A stretch of 64,000 bases of DNA, from the NCBI GenBank assembly GCA_041741375.1, contig JBGSKF010000151.1, positions 696 to 64,695 of the forward strand, in the 5' to 3' direction. The DNA comes from Gemmatimonadales bacterium. GTDB taxonomy: Bacteria; Gemmatimonadota; Gemmatimonadetes; Gemmatimonadales; GWC2-71-9. How positions within the stretch are numbered: the stretch's first letter is position 1; every line of letters starts with the position of its first letter. The notes beneath the pieces were generated by a model. It saw only the letters and a program-made list of their open reading frames with translations, had not been told where the DNA came from and did no database searches. Shown here in pieces: positions 29,811-42,547 of the stretch. The position numbers and the translations under genes are program-made.

Positions 29811-29855
29811 CCCTACTCCCCACTCCCTACTCCCTACTCCCTACTCCCTACTCCC
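29811..29855 (-). repeat. heptamer array (CCCTACT)x6, supplies the stop codon of the second symporter
   Basis: Read directly; the minus-strand TAG at 29841-29843 lies inside the array. Confidence 0.95.
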
Positions 29856-31196
29856 GGGGAGTGGGACTGCGGGGTGGCTACGGATCCGGTCCCCACTCTC
29901 GTCGAGATTGGGCGTTCCGAGCATTCCCTCCGACCCGGCCACGAGGGTGGCCACGGTCGCGTCACCCGTCACATTGGTGGCGGTGCGCATCATGTCGAGG
30001 ATCCGGTCCACGCCCAGAATCAGAGCGATCCCCTGGGTGGGGACATTGATCGCCTCGAGGATGATGACCAGCATGATGATCCCGGCCCCCGGCACCGCCG
30101 CGGTCCCGATCGAGGCGAGCACCGCGGTGAGGATGATCGTCAGCTGGGCCCCGATTCCCAGGGAGAGTCCCAGGGTCTGGGCGATGAACACCGCCGCCAC
30201 AGCCTGATAGAGCGCCGTGCCGTCCATGTTGATGGTGGCGCCGAGAGGAAGCACAAAGCTGCTGATCTCCTCGTGGATGCCGAGCTTCTCCTCGCACCGC
30301 TCCATGGTGACGGGGAGCGTGGCGGCGCTCGAACTGCTGCTGAAGGCCAGCAACTGGGCGGGAAAGATCCCCTTGAAGAACGTCACCACCGGCATGGGGG
30401 AGAACACTCGGAGCAGAAGCGGATAGGTGATGAAAGTCTGGATGAGGAGCCCGATCACCACCGCGAGGGCGTAGTAGCCCAGGGCCCCGATCAGCTCCAG
30501 GATCTGGGTCAGGTTGTCCCCCGCCACCGACGTGATCGTGCCGGCAATGAGCGCGAAGACTCCATACGGGGCCGCCAGCATGATGAGATCCACCAGCCGG
30601 ATGACCACGTCGTTCAGGCTTTCCATCACCCCAAGCAGGGGCCGGGCCTTCTCGGCGGGGAGCTGGATCAGTCCGATTCCCAGGAACAGCGCGATGAACA
30701 CCACCTGGAGCATCCGGCGGTTGTCGCCGAAGGAAACGACCGCGTTGTCGGACACGATGTCCACGAACATCTGGAGCGGCCCCCGGTCCCGGGCCAGCTC
30801 GGCCGCGGCCTCGCTGCCCGCCGCGTCGGCGGCGTAGGTTTCCTGAAGCTGGGTCCGCATCGACTCGGGCACCTGATGCCCCGGCTTGAGCACGTTGACC
30901 ACCACCAGCCCCAGCGTGACCGCCACCGCCGTCGTCGCGACGTAGATGCCGATGGTCTTCCCGCCGATCCGCGACAACTTCTTGAGATCGCTCAGACTCG
31001 CCACTCCCGTGACCAGCGAGGCGAGCACCAGCGGAACGGCGATCAGCTTGAGGGCGTTGACGAAGATCGTGCCCCAGGGCGTGATCCAGTCGTCGGTGAA
31101 GTCACCCCACCCCTGGGACGCCGCCAGCACCCCGTACGCCAGGCCGGCCACCAGGCCGAGAATGATCTGCCAGTGAAGCTTGCGATACCAGGGCAT
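29841..31196 (-). CDS. dicarboxylate/amino acid:cation symporter (second paralog)
   Basis: FSSSSSAATLP, LPLGATINMDGT and GVDRILDMMRTATNVTGD. Confidence 0.93.
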   Translation of the reverse strand: MPWYRKLHWQIILGLVAGLAYGVLAASQGWGDFTDDWITPWGTIFVNALKLIAVPLVLASLVTGVASLSDLKKLSRIGGKTIGIYVATTAVAVTLGLVVVNVLKPGHQVPESMRTQLQETYAADAAGSEAAAELARDRGPLQMFVDIVSDNAVVSFGDNRRMLQVVFIALFLGIGLIQLPAEKARPLLGVMESLNDVVIRLVDLIMLAAPYGVFALIAGTITSVAGDNLTQILELIGALGYYALAVVIGLLIQTFITYPLLLRVFSPMPVVTFFKGIFPAQLLAFSSSSSAATLPVTMERCEEKLGIHEEISSFVLPLGATINMDGTALYQAVAAVFIAQTLGLSLGIGAQLTIILTAVLASIGTAAVPGAGIIMLVIILEAINVPTQGIALILGVDRILDMMRTATNVTGDATVATLVAGSEGMLGTPNLDESGDRIRSHPAVPLPGSRE

Positions 31197-31256
31197 GCGC
31201 CCTCCCGGAAGAGGTTATCGGAGACGCACCCGCCGGGGCGGGCGCGTCCGGGGAGA

Positions 31257-32354
31257 TCAGGAGACGAGCGTGGAGGCCTTGGTTTCCACTCCGGTCACCA
31301 AGGAACGATACGAGGTGGCGAAGCTCTCGACTCCCGCCTCCTCCAGTGCGGCCGCCACCCGCTCCAGGTCGATGCCGTGCGAGGAGAGCACCGCGAGCTG
31401 CTCGGGCGCGCGCCGCACCGCTCCGGGCAGCCGGAGGGCGGGATTCCCATGATCCCGGTAGGCGTCGAAGGTGGCGGGAGGCAGCGTGTTGACCGTGTCC
31501 CGCCCGATCAGCGCCTCGACGTAGTAGATGTCGGGGTAGGCCGGGTCCTTGGTGCTGGTGGAGGCCCACAGGGGGCGCTGCACCCGGGCACCGGCGGCTG
31601 CCAGACTCTGCCACCGGGGCGAGGCCACCATCCGCTCAAAGGACGCGTAGGCGCGTGCCGCATTGGCGATCGCCGCCGTTCCCCGCAACTCGTCGGGGAG
31701 ACCTCCGGCTGCGATCTGCGCATCCACCGCGGTGTCCACCCGGCTCACGAAGAAACTGGCGACCGATGCGATCCGGTCCACCGGTTCCCCCAGTGCCAGG
31801 CGCCGTTCCAACCCTGCGAGCCAGGCCTCCAGCACCGATTGGTACCGGGTCACCGAAAAGAGCAGGGTGACGTTGATGTTGATCCCGCGGGCCAGCGCCG
31901 CTTCGATGGCACCGAGACCGGCCGCGGTGCCGGGGATCTTGATCATCGCATTGGGCCGGTCGACGGCGGCCCAGAGGCGCTGTGCCTCGGCGAGGGTCTC
32001 CTCTGTCTGATGGGCCAGGTCGGGGGAGACCTCGAGCGACACGAAGCCGTCGCGTCCCTCGGTGCGGTCGTACACCGCGCGGAACTGGTCACAGGCGGTC
32101 CGGACATCCGCCACCATGAGGCGTTCGGTGATGGCAGCCGGTGTGAGACCCTCCCCGGATGCGGCGCGGATGTCGGCATCGTACAGGGCGCTCCCCGCGA
32201 CCGCCTTCTCGAAGATGGTCGGGTTGCTGGTCATGCCCAGGAGACCGTCCTTGGCAATCAGCCGGGCCAGGCCACCCGAATCGAGCAGGTCCCGTGTGAT
32301 GTAATCGTACCAGGGGCTCTGACCGAGGGCGCCGAGCCGGACCAGGGGGTTCAT
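31257..32354 (-). CDS. tal: transaldolase
   Basis: [38 protein letters not shown] and LWASTSTK. Confidence 0.95.
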   Translation of the reverse strand: MNPLVRLGALGQSPWYDYITRDLLDSGGLARLIAKDGLLGMTSNPTIFEKAVAGSALYDADIRAASGEGLTPAAITERLMVADVRTACDQFRAVYDRTEGRDGFVSLEVSPDLAHQTEETLAEAQRLWAAVDRPNAMIKIPGTAAGLGAIEAALARGININVTLLFSVTRYQSVLEAWLAGLERRLALGEPVDRIASVASFFVSRVDTAVDAQIAAGGLPDELRGTAAIANAARAYASFERMVASPRWQSLAAAGARVQRPLWASTSTKDPAYPDIYYVEALIGRDTVNTLPPATFDAYRDHGNPALRLPGAVRRAPEQLAVLSSHGIDLERVAAALEEAGVESFATSYRSLVTGVETKASTLVS

Positions 32355-34393
32355 GACGAGACTCCTTCCCGGCAGCGGTGGACGGCGGCAACCACCCTCT
32401 CCGCCGTCAGGCCGAATTCGGTGAAGAGGCGATCCCCGGGGGCCGAGGCGCCGAAATGATCGAGGGCAATGATGGCGCCCTCGTCCGTGGTCCACCGGTC
32501 CCATCCGAGGGAGGATCCCGCCTCGATCGCCACCCGGATTCTGCAACCCGGCGGGAGGACCTCCTCGCGGTAGGAGGACGGTTGGGCCGCAAAGAGCTCC
32601 CACGACGCGAACGAGACCACGCGCGTCGGGATCCCGTCGCCGGTGAGCTGGACTCCGGCCTCGAGGGCGGTCGACACCTCCGACCCGGAGGCCAGGATGA
32701 TCGCCGCGGGCGGGACACCGGGGTCGTGAATCGTGTACGCACCGCGTTCCACCGCCGCCCCCGCTTCCCGGATGCTCGGCAGGGTGGGGAGCTTCTGGCG
32801 GGTCAGGATCAGGGCGGTGGGGCCATCAAGGCGGGCGAGGGCGGTGCGCCAGGCAGCTGCCGTCTCATTCGCATCGGCCGGGCGGATGGTGACCAGGTTC
32901 GGGATGGCGCGGAGCATGACGAGCTGATCGATCGGCTGATGCGTCGGGCCATCCTCGCCGACACCGATCGAATCGTGGGTGAAGATGTAGATGACGGGGA
33001 GACCCATCAGGGCGGCCAGACGGATGGCCGGCTTCATGTAGTCGGCAAACACGAAGAACGTACTGCACCAGGGACGAAGCCCCCCGTGGGCCAGGATGCC
33101 GTTGCAGCAGGCCCCCATGGCGTGCTCCCGGATGCCCCAATGGATCACCCGGCCCGGCGCTCCCGGCCCGTAGGATTCGTCGGCGCACAGGTCGGTGCCT
33201 GTGGATCCCGCGAGATCCGCCGATCCGCCCATGAGAGTGGGAACCGCCTTCATCAGGGCGTCCAGCGTCCTGGCCGATGCCTGTCGGGTGGCCAGGCTGC
33301 CATCCTCGAACGCCGGGAGCCCCTGATCCCACCCGGTGGGGAGCTGACCGGAGAGGGCGGCGGTCAGGGCGGCGGCCTCTGTGGGAGCAGCCGTTTGCCA
33401 GGCGTTCCATCGCTCCGTCCAGGCCTCGCGGCGGGCCGCGCCCGTCACCCGGCACGACTCCAGGAAATCCCGCGCCTCGTCGGGCACGGAGAAGGGAGCC
33501 TCGGGCCACCCCAGGATGGCCTTGGTGCGGGCCACCTCGTCGGAACCCAAAGGGGCACCGTGGGCTGCGGAGGTGTTGCGCTTGGTGGGGGCCGGGTCGC
33601 CGATCACCGTTCGCAGCACGATCAGCGTGGGGCGCCCGGTTTCGGCACGGGCCTGAGCACAGGCCGCGTCGATCGCCTCCAGGTCGGTCCCGTCCTCCAC
33701 CCGGAGAACATGCCACCCGTACCCGGCGAACCGGGCTCCGACGTCCTCGGAAAAGGCGAGATCGGTCGATCCGTCGATCGTGATCCGGTTGTCGTCGTAG
33801 ATCACGGTCAGCCGATCGAGTTGCAGATGCCCTGCCAGGGAGGCGGCTTCGGCCGACACCCCCTCCATCAGGTCCCCGTCGCTGGCCAGGACCCAGGTAC
33901 GATGATCGATCACCTCATGCTCTGGGCGGTTGTACCGACGGGCCAGGATCCTTTCCGCCATCGCCATGCCCACGGCATTGGCGATGCCCTGTCCCAGAGG
34001 CCCGGTGGTGGTCTCGACCCCCGGGGTGTGCCCTCGTTCCGGGTGCCCCGGGGTCCGCGACCCCCACTGGCGAAAGGCCCGGATGTCCTCGAGGGAGAGA
34101 TCGTATCCGGTGAGGTGCAGCAGACTGTACAGGAGCATCGACGCATGGCCGCAGGACAGCACAAACCGGTCCCGGTCGGGCCAGTCCGGCGCTGCGGGAT
34201 CGTGCGTGAGGTGCCGGGTCCAGAGGACGGTCGCCGCCGGTGCCAAGGCCATGGGTGTGCCGGGGTGGCCGCTGGAGGCCTGTTCCACCGCATCCATGGC
34301 CAGGACACGGATGCTGTTGATGGCGGCCCAGATACGGGGATCATCGAGCGAAGGGATGGTCACGGGATGTGCGGCCGGGGCGGTGGAGGTCAG
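32351..34393 (-). CDS. tkt: transketolase (start uncertain)
   Basis: [36 protein letters not shown] and [25 protein letters not shown] sits 7 nt before CTG 34393; alternative GTG 34363. Confidence 0.95.
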   Translation of the reverse strand: MTSTAPAAHPVTIPSLDDPRIWAAINSIRVLAMDAVEQASSGHPGTPMALAPAATVLWTRHLTHDPAAPDWPDRDRFVLSCGHASMLLYSLLHLTGYDLSLEDIRAFRQWGSRTPGHPERGHTPGVETTTGPLGQGIANAVGMAMAERILARRYNRPEHEVIDHRTWVLASDGDLMEGVSAEAASLAGHLQLDRLTVIYDDNRITIDGSTDLAFSEDVGARFAGYGWHVLRVEDGTDLEAIDAACAQARAETGRPTLIVLRTVIGDPAPTKRNTSAAHGAPLGSDEVARTKAILGWPEAPFSVPDEARDFLESCRVTGAARREAWTERWNAWQTAAPTEAAALTAALSGQLPTGWDQGLPAFEDGSLATRQASARTLDALMKAVPTLMGGSADLAGSTGTDLCADESYGPGAPGRVIHWGIREHAMGACCNGILAHGGLRPWCSTFFVFADYMKPAIRLAALMGLPVIYIFTHDSIGVGEDGPTHQPIDQLVMLRAIPNLVTIRPADANETAAAWRTALARLDGPTALILTRQKLPTLPSIREAGAAVERGAYTIHDPGVPPAAIILASGSEVSTALEAGVQLTGDGIPTRVVSFASWELFAAQPSSYREEVLPPGCRIRVAIEAGSSLGWDRWTTDEGAIIALDHFGASAPGDRLFTEFGLTAERVVAAVHRCREGVSS

Positions 34394-34476
34394 GGTGCTG
34401 CTCCTTGTGCGTGGGTCGGGATCGGGCCTGTTCTGGACGAAACTTAACCCCAACCCCCCTCTCCCTCCCCCCCTCC

Positions 34477-34560
34477 AGGGAATAGCGAGAAGGAATAGGG
34501 AGTAGGGGAAGGCGAAACCCTATTCCCTGCATTCCCTACTCCCCATTCCCTGCTCCCTAC
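34477..34560. repeat. inverted pair of heptamer arrays (GGAATAG/GGAGTAG ... CCCTATT/CCCTACT) between divergent tkt and HNH genes
   Basis: gggaatag..ggaatagggagtagggg followed by ccctattccctg..ttccctactccccattccctgctccctac. Confidence 0.85.
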
Positions 34561-34676
34561 GTCCCCCACCCTGCCCCCAACCCCGAGGAGGGGCTATTTT
34601 GCTTCCGTCGGCTCCGGGGACGTCAACGGGACGCCCCGGTGTGCACGATCATGGACATTCAGGGTCGAGAGGTGCC

Positions 34677-35105
34677 GTGGCACGTCGTTTCCGCAGTCGT
34701 TCGTCAACTTCCTCGTCATCGTCATCACCACCCGCCTCCGGGGGGACCGGACGCTCATCCGCCCTGCGGCGCTCCCCCGGTCGCTCGTATCATGCCCACC
34801 GGGAGTGGCTCCTGGAGCACCATGGATCGGTCTGTGCGTACTGCGGCCAGACGACGCCGCCCGACCTGATCACCCTGGATCACGTGCGCCCCCGCCGGGG
34901 ACAGTCGGCCTACGACCGCCCCGACAACCTGGTCCTGGCGTGTGGTCCCTGCAATGCGGCCAAGGCGGACATGCCCCTGCTGGCGTTTCTCCTGGCTCGC
35001 CGGTCCCGGGGGGTGTTCCTGCTGCACTACGGAGATCATCTGTCGGAGCCGCTCAAGGAACTGGCGCGGCAGGCATCGGAGCGTCCGCTCCTCCCGGCCG
35101 ACTGA
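34677..35105 (+). CDS. HNH endonuclease family protein
   Basis: CAYCG..TLDHVRP..DNLVLACGPCNAAK; GAGAGG RBS before GTG. Confidence 0.88.
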   Translation: MARRFRSRSSTSSSSSSPPASGGTGRSSALRRSPGRSYHAHREWLLEHHGSVCAYCGQTTPPDLITLDHVRPRRGQSAYDRPDNLVLACGPCNAAKADMPLLAFLLARRSRGVFLLHYGDHLSEPLKELARQASERPLLPAD

Positions 35106-35127
35106 CCGGAAGGAGCCCCCCGCAGAG

Positions 35128-38721
<3,594 letters not shown>

Positions 38722-38897
38722 GCGTGCTCCTCGATTTCGCCGGTCCCGGTGGGTGCGGGAGACCGGTCACCGCTCCAATCACGAAAGATAACCGGAACCG
38801 GACCTGTGAGGCCCGCGATCCCCCCGGGAACTTCCCTCGAGCGGTCACCCTGCAGGATCACTCCCCGAGAGGGCGGAACGGCGAGTGCCCATGGTCC

Positions 38898-38963
38898 GTC
38901 ATTCCGGCGAACGCCGGAATCCATGTCCGGGTGGGAATGGACCCCGGCATTCGCCGGGGTGAC
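38898..38963. repeat. paired REP/dRS3-like palindromes (GTCATTCCGGCGAACGCCGGAATCCA ... TGGACCCCGGCATTCGCCGGGGTGAC)
   Basis: Two inverted hairpin units; same family at 53520-53597 and 60251-60276. Confidence 0.85.
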
Positions 38964-39046
38964 GCTCCGATGTGGACTCGGGGCTGTTCGTCCTTCCCGC
39001 ATTCCTCCTTCAGAGTTCCCCGTCCATTCGAACTTCAAACTTCTTG

Positions 39047-40669
39047 TCAGGGCGCGTCGGATGATCCGATCAGCCGATAGTACCGCTCGACCTCCTCCCG
39101 GCGTCTCGTGTCACTCCAGCCCAGTGCCGTCCCCAGCAGGGCCGCCACCGGCTCCGCGGCGGCCGCACCGCGGTCTGCGGTGTCAAAAAAGAGATCCATG
39201 CGGCGAACCAGCACATCATCCAGACGGCGGACCATCTCTCGCTGAGCCAGAAAGGGAACCTCCGCGGCGAGCGTCGGGTGATCGGGGTGAACCCGGGCCG
39301 CCAGGGACCGGTCTCCATGGGCCATCCGCGCGATGGCCACCGCCTCGCTTCCGTATAGCTCCACCAGATGGGCGGCGGTGGCGGGGTCCTGGCCGAGGGC
39401 CACGACCTCATCCTGGAAAAGCCCCAGGGCGGGGCTCTCACCCCCAGGCAGGGGCTCCCGGTCGGTCGGCGGGTGCTTCCGCCACGCCCGCTCAGACCAG
39501 GGGCGAACCACGGTGTCGACCACCTCTGCGGCCATCCGGCGATAGGTGGTGAGCTTCCCGCCTGCCACGGTCACCATTCCACCCGGACCGCGGAGGATCC
39601 TGTGCTCGCGGGACACCGAGGACGCCGCGGCCCCGGGTTCTCCGGCAATCAACGGGCGGAGTCCCGCCCAGGTCGACCGGACGTCCTCCTCGGCCAGGTG
39701 CGCGGAGGGGAAGAGGGCATTCACCGATCGCAGGAGGTAGTGCACATCCTCCGTCGTGGTGCTGAGCGGGGCGTCGACGTCCCGAACGTCGGTGTCGGTG
39801 GTTCCCACATAGGAGAATCGCCGGGCGGGGATGATGAACATCACCCGCCCGTCGATCGGGCTGGTGAACGTGATGGCGTGACGATGCCCGATCCGATCCC
39901 GGGGAACCACGATGTGGACCCCCTTGGTCGGCCGGAGGATCGGGGTCGCCTCGGGATCCTCCATGCGGCGGAGCCGGTCGGACCAGGGGCCGGTGGCGTT
40001 CACCACCGCCCGGGCGGTGAGATCGGCTCGCGCCCCGGTGATCTGGTCGGCGCAACGCGCGCCCGTGATCTGGCCACCGGGGCCCCGGATCAGCTCCTGA
40101 ACGGCCACGTACGGCGCCACCCGGGCGCCGTGCGCCACGGCGGACCGCAAGGTGGCCGTCACCAGCCGCGCATCGTCGCACTGCGCATCCCAGTACAGAG
40201 CGCCTCCCCGGAGCCCGTCGGACCGGATCGCCGGCTCCTGGCGCAAAAAACCCCGCTTGCCGAACAGCCGATGACGCCCCACATTGCCTCCCAGCGCCAG
40301 CAGATCGTACAGCAGCAGGCCGGCGCCCAGTTTCCAGAGCGGTACCCGGTCGGTACGGTGGTTCGGAAAGGCGAAGGCGAGGGGGCGCACGAGGTGGGGC
40401 GCTATTTTCAGAAGAACCCGCCGCTCCGCCAGGGCTTCGAAAACGAGCCCGAAGTGGTATTGTTCGAGGTAGCGCAGGCCACCATGGATGAGACGGCTCG
40501 AGCGGGAACTGGTGCCGGCGGCACAATCCCCCCGGTCCACCACGACCACCGTCATTCCGCGCATCGCGGCATCCCGGGCAACTCCGGCGCCGGTGATCCC
40601 CGCCCCGACGACCAGCAGGTCCGGACGGGAGCCGGTCAGTTCCGGCAACGAAGCAGAGAGCGAGGCCAT
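39047..40669 (-). CDS. glpD: FAD-dependent glycerol-3-phosphate dehydrogenase
   Basis: VVGAGITG, GTSSRSSRLIHGGLRYL, DDARL, GTTD and GGKLTTYR. Confidence 0.93.
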   Translation of the reverse strand: MASLSASLPELTGSRPDLLVVGAGITGAGVARDAAMRGMTVVVVDRGDCAAGTSSRSSRLIHGGLRYLEQYHFGLVFEALAERRVLLKIAPHLVRPLAFAFPNHRTDRVPLWKLGAGLLLYDLLALGGNVGRHRLFGKRGFLRQEPAIRSDGLRGGALYWDAQCDDARLVTATLRSAVAHGARVAPYVAVQELIRGPGGQITGARCADQITGARADLTARAVVNATGPWSDRLRRMEDPEATPILRPTKGVHIVVPRDRIGHRHAITFTSPIDGRVMFIIPARRFSYVGTTDTDVRDVDAPLSTTTEDVHYLLRSVNALFPSAHLAEEDVRSTWAGLRPLIAGEPGAAASSVSREHRILRGPGGMVTVAGGKLTTYRRMAAEVVDTVVRPWSERAWRKHPPTDREPLPGGESPALGLFQDEVVALGQDPATAAHLVELYGSEAVAIARMAHGDRSLAARVHPDHPTLAAEVPFLAQREMVRRLDDVLVRRMDLFFDTADRGAAAAEPVAALLGTALGWSDTRRREEVERYYRLIGSSDAP

Positions 40670-41230
40670 CTGAGTCTGTCGCACGAGCACGCTTCCGTTG
40701 GGGCGACCATCGATCGCCCGAGTACGTGGTTCTCCTGGCACGCGACCCTCATTCCGTCGGGGGCACGGGTGCTCGATCTGGCGTGCGGCACCGGCCGTCA
40801 CGGCTTGGCCGCGGCCGAGCTTGGCGCCCGCGTGACCGCCATCGATCGGGATCCCGCCCGGCTCCACACCGGAAAACAGGAGGCCGCGCGCCGACAGCTC
40901 GACATTACCTGGGTGGAGCATAATCTGGAACACCCTCTCCCCGTGACCGGACCCTTCGATCTGATCCTCTGCTTCAATTATCTCGACCGGGCCCGCCTGC
41001 CGGGGGTTCTCGAACTTCTCGCTCCCGGCGGCCTCCTGATCATGGAAACCTTTCTCGAGGCCCAGCGTCGCCTCGGATGGGGACCGGAGAATCCCGAGCA
41101 CCTCCTGGCGTCGGGGGAACTGGTTCGGCTGGTAAGTCCCCTGGTTCCGGTCTACGGGCGCGAGGTTCTGGAGCCCCTTCCGGGAGAACGGTGGCGAGCG
41201 GTCAGCAGCATCGTCGCCCGGCGGCTGTGA
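40670..41230 (+). CDS. class I SAM-dependent methyltransferase (TehB-like); start uncertain
   Basis: VLDLACGTGRH, FDLILCFNYL and LAPGGLLIMETF; no ATG/GTG upstream of the conserved-looking 'PSTWF' segment. Confidence 0.8.
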   Translation: MSLSHEHASVGATIDRPSTWFSWHATLIPSGARVLDLACGTGRHGLAAAELGARVTAIDRDPARLHTGKQEAARRQLDITWVEHNLEHPLPVTGPFDLILCFNYLDRARLPGVLELLAPGGLLIMETFLEAQRRLGWGPENPEHLLASGELVRLVSPLVPVYGREVLEPLPGERWRAVSSIVARRL

Positions 41231-41235
41231 CCCCG

Positions 41236-42546
41236 ATGCCATCCGCTGCTCCCCTGTCCGATCGAACCCCCGTGGTGGTGGCGGGACTCCGGACTCCCTT
41301 CGCCAAGGCGGGAACACTGTTCCGGGACGCCAACGGGTACGACCTCGCACGGACAGTCACCCGGGAGCTGATCTATCGGACCGAGATCCCTCCCGGCGAA
41401 GTGGATGAGGTGATCTTCGGTCAGGTGGTTCCGTCGCCCCTGGTGCCCAATGTGGCACGCGAGGTGAGTCTGCTCCCGCAGCTCCCCCGCACGATTCCCG
41501 CGTACTCCCTGAACCGGGCCTGTGCCTCCGCCGCCCAGGCCATCGCCAACGCGGCCGACCAGATTCGCTTCGGCCATGCCGATGTGATCCTCGCCGGTGG
41601 GGTCGAACTGCTGTCCGACGTGCCCATCCTCCACACCCGCCGCATGAGCCGCACCCTGGTCGCCCTGAGCCGGGCCCGCAGCCTGGGGGAGCGACTCCGG
41701 CTCATCGCCTCGATCCGGCCCCGGGATCTGGTCCCCGTCTCCCCCGCCATCGCCGAGCCCTCGACCGGGGAGACCATGGGACAGTCGGCGGAGAAGATGG
41801 CGAAGGAGAATGCCATCAGCCGCGAGGCCCAGGATCGGATCGCCCTGATGAGCCACCAACGAGCCGCCGCCGCCACCGCCAGTGGCCGGCTCAGCGAGGA
41901 GATCGCTCCCTGGTTCGCCGGACCGGCCCTGGACGAGGTCGTGACGAGCGACAACGGCATCCGGTCGGATACCTCGCTCGAGGCGCTTGCCGCGCTGCGC
42001 CCCGTCTTCGATCGCCGCTACGGCTCGGTCACCGCCGGCAACTCGTCGCCCCTCACCGACGGGGCGGCCGTGACCCTCGTCATGTCCCTCGGCAAGGCCC
42101 GGGCGCTCGGATACCGTCCCCTGACCACCATTCGCAGCTACGCGGTGGCCGCCGTGGATCCGGGGTGGCAGCTCCTGATGGGGCCGGTGTATGCCGTGGC
42201 CCAGGCCCTTGACCGGGCCGGTCTGGCCTGGAGCGATCTGGGGCTGGTGGAGATCCATGAGGCCTTCGCGTCCCAGGTCCTCTCCAACACCGAGGCGTGG
42301 GCCTCCCGCGCCTGGGCGGAGCGACTCGGGCGGTCGCAGCCGATCGGGGAGGTCGACTGGGATCGGACCAATGTGCTGGGCGGATCGATCGCCATCGGGC
42401 ACCCGTTCGGCGCCACGGGAGCGAGACTGGTCACCACCCTCTCGAACGAGTTGGTTCGCCGCAACCAGCAGTTCGGGCTCATCTCCATCTGTGCTCAGGG
42501 CGGAATGGGATTCGCGATGGTGCTCGAACAGGTCGGAGGCGGGTGA
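41236..42546 (+). CDS. fadI: acetyl-CoA C-acyltransferase (thiolase)
   Basis: GLRTPF, NRACAS, HEAFA, GHPFGATG and CAQGG. Confidence 0.92.
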   Translation: MPSAAPLSDRTPVVVAGLRTPFAKAGTLFRDANGYDLARTVTRELIYRTEIPPGEVDEVIFGQVVPSPLVPNVAREVSLLPQLPRTIPAYSLNRACASAAQAIANAADQIRFGHADVILAGGVELLSDVPILHTRRMSRTLVALSRARSLGERLRLIASIRPRDLVPVSPAIAEPSTGETMGQSAEKMAKENAISREAQDRIALMSHQRAAAATASGRLSEEIAPWFAGPALDEVVTSDNGIRSDTSLEALAALRPVFDRRYGSVTAGNSSPLTDGAAVTLVMSLGKARALGYRPLTTIRSYAVAAVDPGWQLLMGPVYAVAQALDRAGLAWSDLGLVEIHEAFASQVLSNTEAWASRAWAERLGRSQPIGEVDWDRTNVLGGSIAIGHPFGATGARLVTTLSNELVRRNQQFGLISICAQGGMGFAMVLEQVGGG

Positions 42547-42547
42547 C

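Noticed and set aside
27921-32459. 1512-aa plus-strand ORF and other long ORFs (158-2362, 3470-6955, 10014-11972, 45304-47805)
   Set aside because: Antisense or off-frame shadows of motif-supported genes in high-GC DNA; no recognisable domains.
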